A stretch of DNA of 64,000 nt from Dipteris shenzhenensis (lineage: Eukaryota), in the NCBI GenBank assembly GCA_047967505.1, contig CM106538.1. The stretch is one strand, 5' to 3'. The notes below the pieces were generated by a model that worked only from the letters and a program-made list of their open reading frames with translations, made no database searches and was not told the DNA's origin. The first letter of the stretch is position 1. Each line of letters starts with the position of its first letter. Positions 1 to 12,450 of this stretch are shown in pieces. Made by a program: the position numbers and the translations under genes.

Positions 1-3000
1 ATGTATGTCAGCAGAGCTATATTCATTCCCCCCACTCTAGAGATAAAGATCTCATTGGTGGCAGCATTACAATGCATGGACGTGTAAGATCTTGTTGTAC
101 TTTGTCTCTTTGTTGTATCATTTTTGTATGTATGTTTCTCCTTAATGTAGATAGGTGAATTTTGTACTACAAGATAAATGAAAATGCCACAGTAATAAGA
201 GATGAAAGGATTATTTTTTCATGGCAAAACACCATCTCTAGCTGATGAAGCAAGCTTTGTATAAGCTTGTATAGATGCTATGACAGGGAGTCTACAAATA
301 TTAGAACAAAAGAGGCAAAAAATTTGAAGGTAAACTTGGCTCATTTAGTCTTTGTGCTGATTCTTTTTCAAATCTCTTTCTCTTTGAAGACATACTCTGA
401 TATTTAGTTTTTATCTATTTACATGTTTCAACATAGCAAGTTCAAATTAGATATAAAGAGTGCACTACCTTAATAGGTGGTGATAACTATAAACGGTATG
501 ATTGTTCATCAAAAGGGTTGTACTATTAGCATTGCAACACTCCAATATCAAAATTTGTCTCTTGGATAATGATGAATAATGTTATGGAGGATAATGGTTT
601 TTCAAACCCAACATCTTGGGGGTTCATAGCAAATGAATATTAAGAAAAATGGAGGGTATTCAAACTGTTTACATTGGTAGATATGACATTATTAAATTGT
701 TATTTCACTATAAGAAAAGCATGATTCTAACACATATTAGCTTGCATAAAGCCATGATTTCAAGAGGAACATAAGAGGGAATCTAAACTCTAGCTCAAGG
801 GAAGCCACTAAGGATGAACTTGTGGTAACACAAAGTTGGTGTGAGAATGGTTATGCATTGGAATAGGATGTTCCTGCATTGCAAACATGGATGAATTGGT
901 TGCGTGCATGCATAACCCATTGGTGTGAACTCATGGCAACCCAAAGTTGGTGGGGGTATGGTCATGCTTTGGAGATGATGTTCCTAGATTGAAAATATGG
1001 ATCAATTGGTGCCATATCCCATTGGGTTTAGTTCATGGTAAAGGTATGCTATTAGAGGGCTATGTTGGCCCTCAACCTTCCTACCAAAATAGGGGTTACA
1101 AAATGCTTAAGCAAAGAGAGAAATATTGCTATGTAAGGTGCTGTAGGAGGATAATCATGCTAAATCAAGAGAGACAAAGAGAGGAATCCAAATGTCCCAT
1201 GCAATTTAGCCCAAACACTTCCTCTATTTTCAGATCCCGATAATAACAAATTACATGCCTTTTATTAGCTAGAGCCCAATAGCTCTTTTCCCCTTCTAAT
1301 GATCCAGTCAATGGCCATATTCCCTCCAAGAGTCACATTGCATGCCCTCTTTTTGCCGCTTTCTTGCACCTTGTTTTTTTGCCCCTTTCCTTTGTGTTTT
1401 TTCAATCTTTCACCGGCCTCTTCATAGTCATCTTTTTCCAATCTTTATCGGCATCTTTGTCCTTGCTCTTCATACGTTGGTGTTAGCACTCTTTGGTCTT
1501 CATTGTTAACCCAAATTTCTTCAATGCTAACACTCTCTAAGTACTTTAGATGCCCAATGAATGGACACCACATAAGCATGGATGAAGCATTAGTAATAAA
1601 GAATATGTAGGTTACTAGGTTGTTTGCACTAGCTCAAATAGCCCACTAAATCTCATTCATGCTTCTCTTGAGTTTTGGGGTAGGACCAAACTTCAAGCTT
1701 GGGCTTGCACACACTGCTACAATTACATTGTTGAACTTCTCATGCAACCACGTTCTTGCAATTATGCTAGTGAACTTCTCATGCAAAGAATATTTGCAAT
1801 TATACTTCTTGGAGGATAGTAAAATAAGAAATTTACATAAATAGGCAAAACGCAACTCTAGCAAAACTCTACAAAAATACATAGCACAAATACTCAACAC
1901 TATTTGTATGTAGGAGGTCTCTCATTGAACTTACCTTTTGGTATCCCCTCTACCTTTTCCTAGGAAGGAGATATGAGATTTAAATGAGGATTCTCCTATA
2001 GCACTGGTTTAGAGAGTCTCAAATTTCTCACACTGATTGTTGGGCTAGGTTCCAAAATAGATTCCTTTTGGTCACTTTGATAGAGGGGTGATCCCTTTCA
2101 TCTAATTTGTTTGCATGAGCTCTAAAGTTTGGTCTTGTCATGTGTGCTACCATAGAAAGGTTTCCCTAGACCTCCACATCAAAGTTAGGTAGTTGGGCCA
2201 ACTTTTTGATGTTGAATTGCCAATCTTTGGGTAGCCAATTGGATTTTGTCATTAAAGGGTGACTGCTATATTATTTATGCATTTAATTATAGCTACATCT
2301 CCAACATTGATAGAAATGGCCTTCAAATATATGGAGATGATGTGTGGGTAGCTCACAACTCTTTAAGGAATGGAAAATGAGTTAGATGCTCATAGATGTG
2401 AATTCTAGTTCTCTCAAAGGGACATAGAACATGTGGGATATGTAGGCTAAAGCACGTTTGACTATTTAAGTTGATTGCTAAAATGCATTTGCTAAATTTT
2501 GCTATTAGCTTAGCCTTTCTCTTTTAGTAGTCCCTCTAGAACTACTCTCTTTTGTGGGTGAGAATAGATGGTTTATATTAATAGTCAAAAAAAAAATTCT
2601 GATTTGTGTCAGTTTGGATGATAGAATTATCTTTCTTTCTAACCCTAGGATAGATGGTTAAAAATAATACATTTGTAATGAAAAAACCCACTCTCATTTC
2701 TTTGCTTGTTGAATCCCACACTTTTCTAGATTGCAAACAATACATGAATCATTGAGACAATGTATTTTACCCCATTGCATCTGACTTACATAGAACTATA
2801 AACCATTGTTTAGGCTACTCTCACATAAATATTCTTAGCAAAATATTCAACAGTTGTGTCCCCAATTTATAGGGGTGCTAGTGAAAAATGAAATATATTA
2901 GGGATGGGTATACAAATTGATTAAATACAATTATCCTTCTTAATAATGAGGGTTGGATACCTTGCCCTTTTTTAAGCCTTCTCCCTGATCTTTTGGGTAG

Positions 3001-4929
3001 CCATTCCCATGTGGATGTTAATGAATAGTGAAACCCCACACGTATGCCTAATAGTTCGGATGGAATTCCCTCCTGTAAGACCTTGCATCCTTGTTAGTTT
3101 AAGCTCCCTCATAGATTATCCTTGCTCCATAGATCCATGTATTTTTGTGATTGATCCTAGATACAAAAGCAATACAAAAGGGATCTAGACATTGTAGGTA
3201 GCTAAGACTAATCCAAGGCCATTGCTGAGTGTTAAGTTGGTGTCATTTGCAAACTACTATCATATGATTTTAATACCATTCCCCAATTGAATACTTGTCA
3301 ATATATTTTTCTCTACTTTTTCCTAAATAAGCCATCTAAAAGTGCTAGTAGCAATGGCAAAAGGAAAAGGGGAAAGAGAGCAACCCTACATAAGGTACTT
3401 TCTTAATTAGAAGATTGTAGGAGTTAGTCTATTGACCTCTATTTGGCCTCAAATCCCAATAGAAATTTGCTTACATAGCATTGCAAGTCAAAATAAACTC
3501 CTATATCCAACATTTCTTGCCTTATAAAACCTCATGCCATCCTATCATACACTTTGTAGTCCATTTTCATGAAACAAATGTCCTACCCCTCCTCATCTTC
3601 TAACTCTAAACCTTCTCATAGTGTCCAAATGGCTTCCACAATGTGTCTCCTATGAAACTTTTTTGCTCTTTTATTTCTCAATTTCTAGTGACTTTGAAAT
3701 TTTGTAGCTTTTGTAGTTAGAGGCCTCCAATTTCTTAGCTCCTCCTTTGCCTCCCCCATTCAAAAATAAGCTTAATCTTGCCTATGTTCATTTTTAACCT
3801 TGATGCATAGCTAAAATCCATGCATATGTTTAATAGATGATCCAGATAAATATGTAATCACACTTTAGTAGTATTTTAGATACAAAGAAACACCAACTAT
3901 CAGGTGCATCTCTTCATACCTCAAATCTGTATTTAGATGGAATTATGTTTGTCTTACAGTTTAGGGAAACAACTTATATGTGTTTCACTCATGTTGTTGA
4001 GACATCTATCTGATGAAAGCTATTTGTATCTGAGATCTATCATGAATACAGTTGACGTTATTGCTTCTCTAATTTCTCTATTTATTGTAATGATTATGCA
4101 GAGCATTCTCTTCTCGATTACACTTATTTGCTATTTTTTGTGTTGATTCTACAATGGTCATGAGAGCTATGAGGATTTTATCTTGTATTGCTACATACGT
4201 ATTAGTTTGGGTGTCCAAATGAACCTGTAAACAATGGTGATCCTACTATTCGATACTATGTCAACTCTGAGATCGAAGATACCTATGATGATGGACCTAT
4301 TGCATTAAAAATGATGGGCATTTGTAGAAGATCCATCTTGACATGATGCAAGCAATGGACTCCTTATGATTTGGAAAAAACTCCTTTATATGGATGTATG
4401 TTAATGCATTTTTTGATTGGGTAATGACACCCATGGTTGAAGTTACTAATGATTGCACTGTGACTACTCAAAATTCTGGTTTCAAGTAGTAGCAAAGTTA
4501 TGTCAAGACTCAAAAGAATAAGTTACGGCACCATTTCAAATCTAGCATCCATGAAGCAAATTCTTGAAATGGTTGTTAATATGGAAACTGCAAGCCAAGT
4601 GTTTTTATGTCAGATAATATGGACAACAATTTGTATCCACTCATATCAAATTATGGCTTCGGCTCTAATAGAATTGAAACCAAGATGTATATACTCTAAG
4701 ACCTGTAGTAGTAGATGTCGAACTAGAAGCAAAGGTGATTGTGGCAGAGGAATGAGTCCAAAGGGCAGCTCGAGATGAAAGATACGGCTAGTCCTAGGGA
4801 TCAATTACACCAGATTCCAAATTCTGTCACACTAGTCAAACATTTTGGCCCAATGGCAAACCAATTATGGACTACAAAATGACCCACTTCAAATAGGAAG
4901 GGATGGACAAATGAATCTAGCCTGAAGTT

Positions 4930-5197
4930 TTGGGGATTGGGAGCAAGATCGTGTAATAGTAGCAGTGTTGGAGACCATAACCGAAGACACAGCAGAAGAA
5001 TCCAACAAAGATCAGCAGTACAATAGCACATATAATAGCCCTAGAGTTTTGGTCCCAACCCTAGGATTTGAGGATTGGGAACAAGATCATGCAACTGTAG
5101 GCAAAAGCATTGGAGACTGTACCCAATGACATAGTAGAGGAATCTAGTGAAGATGAGCAGTATGGTAGCACACATAATAGCCCTAGGGTTTTGGTTC
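4930..5197. repeat. Diverged ~140-bp tandem duplication
   Basis: GGATTGGGA.CAAGATC...ATAATAGCCCTAG.GTTTTGGT occurs twice. Confidence 0.8.
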
Positions 5198-6052
5198 TAG
5201 CCCCTCAAACAAGGATAGGATCACCACCACCGTTCTTGGAATGCTTGCAAAGGCATTGCGGCAACATCAATTTTAGTTTTAAATGAATCCTCAAGCATAA
5301 AACTTGCCGCAACCACAAAATCCACAACCCTAGAATCTACCACCACAAAATTGACTTCCACCATCAAATCCACCTCCACCACCCAATCCACCTCCACCTC
5401 CACCAGTCTATCTGATGAATGCTAGTTTGAAGTGTAAGTTTATAGAGTTCATGGGTCACAAAAAGATGATCTAGCCAACCATGTCGCACAGTTTGAAACA
5501 TGATGGCAAGCAAGTGGATTTGAAATGATGTTTGGGGATGCAGAATAGTTTAAAGGAACATTAATTGGTAAGGGCATGAGCTGGTTCAGTCCTTAGGGTG
5601 TTGATCATTTTCATGATTATAACACCCTAAGAATAGCATTTTTACACTCATTCCATAAATAAAAAACATTGGATGATATTTGAAAATTTTTACAAAAACT
5701 AAAACAAAAGAAGCTACTTGTTGAGGATTACGCCCAAAAATTTCACAACCTCAATGCACAGTTGGATTCGATAGAAAGGTCGATAGCCAAGACTCTTGCC
5801 AAATATTTTTGTAAGGGACTCTATGTGGAGATCCGTAGTGCTACGAGTGGACTAGAAATTCTAAGTCCAAATGGATTCAATGAACTGATTTATGTGGCAA
5901 AAAGAGTAGAAAGAAGATGTGGGTCACTAAGGAGATGATCCAAGAAAGACAAATATGATTCAGGCAGTGCACAAAAATTATCCAAGAAAAAGAGCAAAGT
6001 AGCAGTGTGATTGCTCACCTTGTAGTGAAAAGTAGACACAGTACAAGGAACC

Positions 6053-6180
6053 AAACAAGGTTGGTGTCCTGGCAGTCAAAGGATCCAAGGGTCTAGTTAG
6101 TGCCTCAACATTGGAACAAGGTTGGTGTCCTGGCAGTCACACAAGATCTAAGGGCCTGGTTAGTACCTCAGCATTGGAAG
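6053..6180. repeat. ~62-bp tandem duplication
   Basis: AACAAGGTTGGTGTCCTGGCAGTCA...CATTGGAA occurs twice. Confidence 0.88.
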
Positions 6181-8989
6181 CACCGCCCAAGAAGTACATT
6201 TGGTCGTGATGGAAGGACCAAGAGGAGGAACGCACAGGCATATTGAAGGAGCTTTAGAAGACCCAAAGAAATGGCAGAGCCCAGGAAGTATCACAACCAC
6301 TTTAGAAGGTACCCGTGGAAGGGATAATGGATCCTTTGGAAAGTCATTTGGAGAGGTCCGCAGACCCTCCTAACATTGTGAACTCTTTTAAGGAGAATTT
6401 CTTAGCAGATTCGATTGCATCCCTAAGAAGGCACAAGTACAGATTACAAGGGGCCAATTGCTCCAGATGGTCTCGAAATTAAAAAAGAAGCTAGTAGGAG
6501 AGCTTCTATGGACCAATGATTAGGTCAAGTACAAAGTAGATGCTGAAGAAGTAAAATAGATTGTAGAAGAACCGGTTATGTGTTGAATCAAATCTATGGA
6601 GTGCCCATGGTGAAAGTGTAGTATGAGGCTCAAAGTCTAACTGGACTATTGCTCAATGGTGGATCTGGAATAAATATCTTTTCTCAATGCATGTTTAAAA
6701 GATTGGGATTATGTGGGATGGAACCTATTTTGTTTTAAGTCAAAATGGCATATCAAAGGCATATTCAACTGGTAGGCATCCTTCAAAATCAATGAATTTG
6801 TATTAAAGGAATGGTCTTCTGAGTCGATTTGGTCATCTTGTAAATGAAGGAAGATGATCTAAGATACCCAATGTTCCTAGGTCAACCCTGGTTCAAGAAA
6901 ACTAAAGTCAAATAGAATTGGGGATCCGCAACTAGCACCGTAAGGAGTGGGAAGAAGACTTTATACATGCAAATGATTCCCATGATGACTTTGAAGAAAA
7001 AAGAATGACCAGTCATGGTGCAAGGAATCAAAATGGGGATGGAACTAGATGACAATGAGGAACAAAAATTCTTGGATGCTAATCCATCTATGACCCTAAT
7101 TTTTAAGATAGATGTTTTAGAAATATTCAAGCAGTATGAGTGGTGCAACCTAGCAATACCAATTGTTTGCATAGTGATGATTGAGAATGCGGTGCTAAAA
7201 GAATGGGACAACTTGTTGGAATTACAAGTTGTGGAGCTAGACTAGAACCGGATGAGGGGGAAGTCTCCCTATACACAAAGCGAAATCGGTTTATGAAGAA
7301 TAGATCGAGTTAAAGAAGACGATCTAAAAGAATTGAACCTTGAAACTAGAAAGACCCAATGCCAGTGAAGATCAACCTCCATGCTGCGCGAGAACTTCGG
7401 GAGGACTTAGTGGCTCTATTGAGGGAGTGCCACAATATTTTGGCATGGGAGTACACCAGCATGAGAGGGGTAGATCCAAATCTTTATGTGCACTAGATCA
7501 ACTTAAAGAAGGACGCAAAGCTGGTAATATGACAGTGTTATTGTATGAACCCAAATTATGCCAAACTGGTCAAAAAGAAGATGATAAACTATTTTACAGG
7601 TGGGATTCATTTACCTAACTGATAAGGTAACCTGGCTATCCCCTATTGGTGGTAAGCTCCAAATTTGTGCGGATCCATAAGCTTAATGCTATAATAATCA
7701 CAAGCCTAGTTCCTCTCCCATTTTGTGTTGCATCAGTTCATCTTGTAATTCAATGTATGCAAGTTGTGCTACTCTTTCTTGCACTCCTAAATGAATAGAT
7801 ATGATAACAAAATCAATGAATACAACACATCATGCAACTTGAGGCTCTTGACATAAAATATACAATGAATATAAAACCATAGATAGTTGGCACTATAATA
7901 GACACAAAGAGCTCTTTTGGAGTGCACTCATGTGGTGAGTAGATGTTGGTGAGTGGTTTCTCCAAAATGGAAATAGGTTTTTCTTTGTATTTCTCTCCAC
8001 TCTCTATGTTCTTTGTACCTCTCTACTATCTATGTTGTGTCTCCTCTATCATCTCTCCTCTTGTAATCCCACCCCACCTTGCTTCTTCTACTTGCACAAA
8101 ATCATCTTGTTTGTCATCCTAGCCACATTGTGTCTCTCCACTATCTTCTCTCTCCACTCTCTTCTCTTTACACTCTCTCTCTCCCTCTGACACTCTCTTC
8201 TCAATGGATCATATCAGTATAATGCTCCAAAAAACCACAAAGTAACTACAACATTCTAATGACAATGCAAAGGGAACACTATCATTCCCCAAACTCCTCT
8301 TCTAACCTCCCAATTAAAAATGTCACTCTAACCCTTGCAATTCATGACACTTGCTTTCAATAGGCCCCTCCATGTATTAGTTTTTGTCACTCATTTGCTA
8401 CACTTGAGCAATACAAAAGCATATCAGCATGGTCCTTGTGAATATGGTGCTTGAGGGGTCCCCTACCCCTTGAAATTTGTGATACTTTCCTTCTATAGGA
8501 CCCTCTATGTATATGTTTTTGTCACTCATTTGCTACACTCGAGCAACATCAAAGCATACCAACACAGACTTTGGCAACATGGGGTCACTTTAGGCAACTC
8601 ATCCCATGTAACTCATGATTGGAAACAACCCCATGCCCTTGCAAAGAGGACACTTTTATTTGACACAAGCATTGCTCAATATCACTATTGTGCCCAAGTC
8701 AACAAAACAAGTCAGGGTGCTTCTAAATTGAGATATTATCCACACCTTTCCCTCCACATGTATGAAACTATCACATCATATCCATCCCATGCAACTTGCA
8801 TTCACAAATTATTTAGAAAAACCATGTAATCCTTGCAAAGGGAACAATTGTATGTGGCAAAGACCTCGCTTGCTCTCATTATCATGTGCAAATCAAAATA
8901 CTTCAATGTAGTGCCCCTAAAATGAGGAAATGTCCATTACCCTCCAAAAATCATCATAACATATGAATTTCAAGTAGCTTTCTGTTCAT

Positions 8990-9260
8990 GAACTATTCAA
9001 ATAGTGTGAAACTCAAGGTAACAGGCCACGTTGTTAGCCCATGCAAAGTTCAAATATGGCCCTCTAGAAGAAAAAGGGTGTGCATAAGCACTTTAATATC
9101 AAAATAAGAGGTGCAGGAACATTTTGTTGGATAATATGGTCAATATACAAAAAGTGTCATCATATGCCAAGTGAACATTTTGTTGGATAATATGGTCAAT
9201 ATATACAAAAAGTGTCATCATAGCCCAAGTGAACAATGACATTACCCATTGAAGGGATTG
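8990..9260 (+). mobile_element. Possible Copia RNase H C-terminal remnant containing a ~57-bp tandem duplication
   Basis: KHFNIK..VQEH..NMVNIQKVSS-like translation. GAACATTTTGTTGGATAATATGGTCAATATA.. is repeated at ~9117 and ~9173. Confidence 0.35.
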
Positions 9261-9329
9261 TTCAAAATACATGAAGGTGGAAGACTCAGCCTACCACAAC
9301 CTTTATTACTTGCTTTTAGTCTAGGGCGA

Positions 9330-12300
9330 CCTCGAGTGTTGCACGTTGTCTATACAAAGCTCTTTGACATCTCTTTCTATCAACATTGGTTGGTGAATAA
9401 ACATGTTCTCATTCGCTAAGGCCGAGGACCGCCGGTCATGTAAATAAAGTATAGGTGCTTGCATGCAAGATATGGCTTCTTCTTGTCAATCCTTTGCATG
9501 AAATTTGGACAAGTGCATGTTGGATGTCCCTTTATATGTATATCATAAACATGTGCTTCAAGGCCTTCCCTAAAACTTTCAACGATGAACACCTAATGTG
9601 TTTTAGATTGAAGGAGCATTTCTTGAGTTGCCCTTGTTTCAGTCAAGAGCTTATTTGATTGTTTTTTGTCAAAGATATTAGACCTATATCTTATGCATCT
9701 CCTCTTTCTGAAGATCAATTTTGCATCTGTTGCATCCTCCTTTATAATCCCTTTCCTATCCTACCACTATATTGGAGCCTACTTGTTTCATTTGCAAATT
9801 GAAACCTGCAAGTAGCAGTGCATGACCTCATCTTTCACGAGGTTTGTGCCTTCCACCATTGACCAAACAAAAAGGGACTTTGTGTGGTGCATGCTCAATG
9901 TTTCTATCTATGGCCCATGTGTACATTACATCTCATGTTGCAAAACCACATCATCGATTTTGCCATCCCAATCACATGGGACCTTCTTGAAAAACAAATA
10001 GGGCGCAAGTGCCCCCTTCGCACAACCCTCATAGTTTGCCCACACTTTTATTCCTTCCTAGTAGCATAGACATATGACCCTACTCTTTTTAGGATCCTCC
10101 AAGAAGTTTCAATATATTGGCACTTCCTCCACACTAGCATGTGTGCATTCTATGTGCAAACCCCCGACTTCTCTTAATAATGTGACTTCATTTTCAATAG
10201 CTATCTCATCACCTATGAAATGAATCTTCCTAGGCCTTGCAATGGTCCTATCTCAAATATGCACATTGAAATATGGTTTATGGCATGCATCATCCACCAC
10301 ATGAAATACAACAAAAAATTTATATTATGCCTTGCTGACTCTCAATCACCACTCAAAGGAGTTGGCACCTTGTACATGGGAATAACTTTGATGCTAGTTT
10401 TCATAGTTCAAATGACCTGTGCTAAGTAGAAGGGCTAAAATTTTCTCTTTCAATAAGATTCTAAAGGACTTGAGGCTATACAAATGTTGTTTTGAACTTT
10501 TTCTAGTAGAAGGGAATTGGCCATCTTTGTAATGCAAGCGTCATAACACGATATCTATTTCTTATAACCCTCTCCAACTAGCCAATTGTGTGCTTTGATT
10601 GTGATAAGTTTTCCTGTGGTGTGCATGCTTCATCATTACACTTCAATACCTACAATAATTAGTTAAATTACCCCAATGGGCAATACAAAATCTCCCACCA
10701 ACTAATCCATACATCCATAGTAGCTATGTCTCAATCATTAACATTGCCAATATGCCATCATTAGTGGAGACATGAGCTTGTGCTTCCACTTCTTTATTGG
10801 TTTCCATTTGCCATTTCTCACACATGTTTTTATGTACATTTCGGGCTACACACGTTGTGGTTTGAAGCCTAATGCTCTATGTCCAATGGAACAAGCATAA
10901 TGTTTCTTGACCATGCATCTCCAATCCTTCATTGTACACTTCTCTTATAGCATTCCAATTGTCTTGGGCCTCCTTTGCAGCAGTGAGGCCACAAAAATTG
11001 GCCTTCTCAAATCGATGGCTCACTTGAAAGGTTTAAGGCAATCCCAAAACAAGATTTGGGAAATCTTGTCCTCTTCTTTCATCTTGCAAGTAGCTCTTGT
11101 AAGAAGTCCTACAAGCTAACACTCAACATGATTTGGGAGGTCTTGTCCTCTTCTTTCATCTTGCAAGTAGCTCTTGTAAGAAGTGCTGCAAGATAACACT
11201 CAACAAGAACCAAAATTTTGCATCTTGAAAGCTCTATAGTAGTTGTGCTTTCATAGTACTCCCTAAGATTAAGTGACTCATTACTTGGATCATATAAATG
11301 GCATGCCATTTTCACCTAGTTTGAGATGCGACGTGTGTGGTCAAAGTGTGTCTAAGCTTGGCATAGATCGATTTGCCTAAATGCCTCATTCTATTTACAA
11401 GATCAAGACACAAGCGCCATTGTTAACATTTTGAAGACAAAAAAACGAAATCAAATTCAATCTGTTAGCCAAAAAATCTAATGTCATGAAAGAAATCATA
11501 GGAGTAATCCCTCTTGAACTATGAAATTCTATCATAGCCAAAGGACCCCACACTATAACCCTTGTGCACGTGGGAAACTGTCCTCCAAATCCTATAATAT
11601 AGAGGAGGTTATAGAAGCTCACACTAGTACCTTGGCCAAATCATAATGCATATGCACTAACTGTTTTGAAGTAGAAATCCAAGCTCCTCTGAGACATTGT
11701 GGAGATGCCTTTCTCCAAGCTACTCATGGTCACCTTCTTGTATCAAGGACGTCATAACCAACTATTTTTCTACACATTTTTGCACCCTTCTTGGACCAAA
11801 GTTCGACCGAAGTTCTTCTCAATATTAACCACTCTATGTGCCATTTCTTTCATGTTCGCCAATAATTTCTTTGATGTTCCCACCTACACACTATGTGAAT
11901 GCTTACACATTTGTATCATCAACTCTACTTAGAGAGAGAATCATCAATGGATATGATGTAATACATACAAAAACTACAAGATCCCATCCATTTGGTGTCC
12001 TTCTTATATTATTAGAAAACGCCCTCCCATTAGTTGTGGCTAGGAGGCCCACAATGCATGTCCTCTTCATGGATCCTTTGAAACAACTATCATTCCAAAT
12101 GCCATGATTTACATAGGTCAAATTATCACACTTCATGATGACAATACAATAATATTGCAAACATCTTGAAAGGAAACATTTAAAGTGGATAGCTTTGTCC
12201 ACATATGACCATCTAGCTTGTGCTCCATCCCTTCCATAACTAAACTGGATTACTTTGTACTATAGGGAAACTCTAATATCACATCTCCATCATAAAATCT

Positions 12301-12450
12301 TGGAATCTCATCCACTTGCCAAACTTGTTAAATTCCGTGCACAAGCTTTGTTAAATTGTTCTCCTTTGCTATAGTAGCAAGCAAAGCATATATAATACTT
12401 TTACCATTATATGTGGCACTTTATGAGGTAGCTCTATTCGTAAGGGAACC
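9330..12450 (-). mobile_element. Decayed Mutator-like (MULE) transposase with a C-terminal SWIM zinc finger; boundaries approximate
   Basis: Minus-strand remnants: DGHMWTK (~12200), ANFCG..KEAQDNWNAIREVY..LCLFHW (~10880-11000), WISWW (~10700) and YLACKHLYFI (~9440-9470). The DDE-region CxxH and SWIM CKH motifs were recognised by eye. Confidence 0.6.
11054..11205. repeat. 77-bp tandem duplication within the MULE remnant
   Basis: ATTTGGGA..TCTTGTCCTCTTCTTTCATCTTGCAAGTAGCTCTTGTAAGAAGT..AACACTCAACA occurs twice. Confidence 0.9.

Larger units (their letters stand above)
4200..7725 (+). mobile_element. Decayed Ty3/Gypsy gag-protease-RT(N-terminal) remnant; left boundary approximate
   Basis: Gag-like HVAQFET..WQASG near 5480; protease-like LLNGGSGINI near 6650 and MFLGQPW near 6870; RT start WLSPI, ICAD..LNAII..PLPF at 7630-7725, where homology stops abruptly. 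Confidence 0.75.

Noticed and set aside
1-4200. Host genes among the short ORFs at the window start
   Set aside because: No recognisable domains or exon chain; CpG-depleted sequence consistent with old TE debris that I cannot classify.
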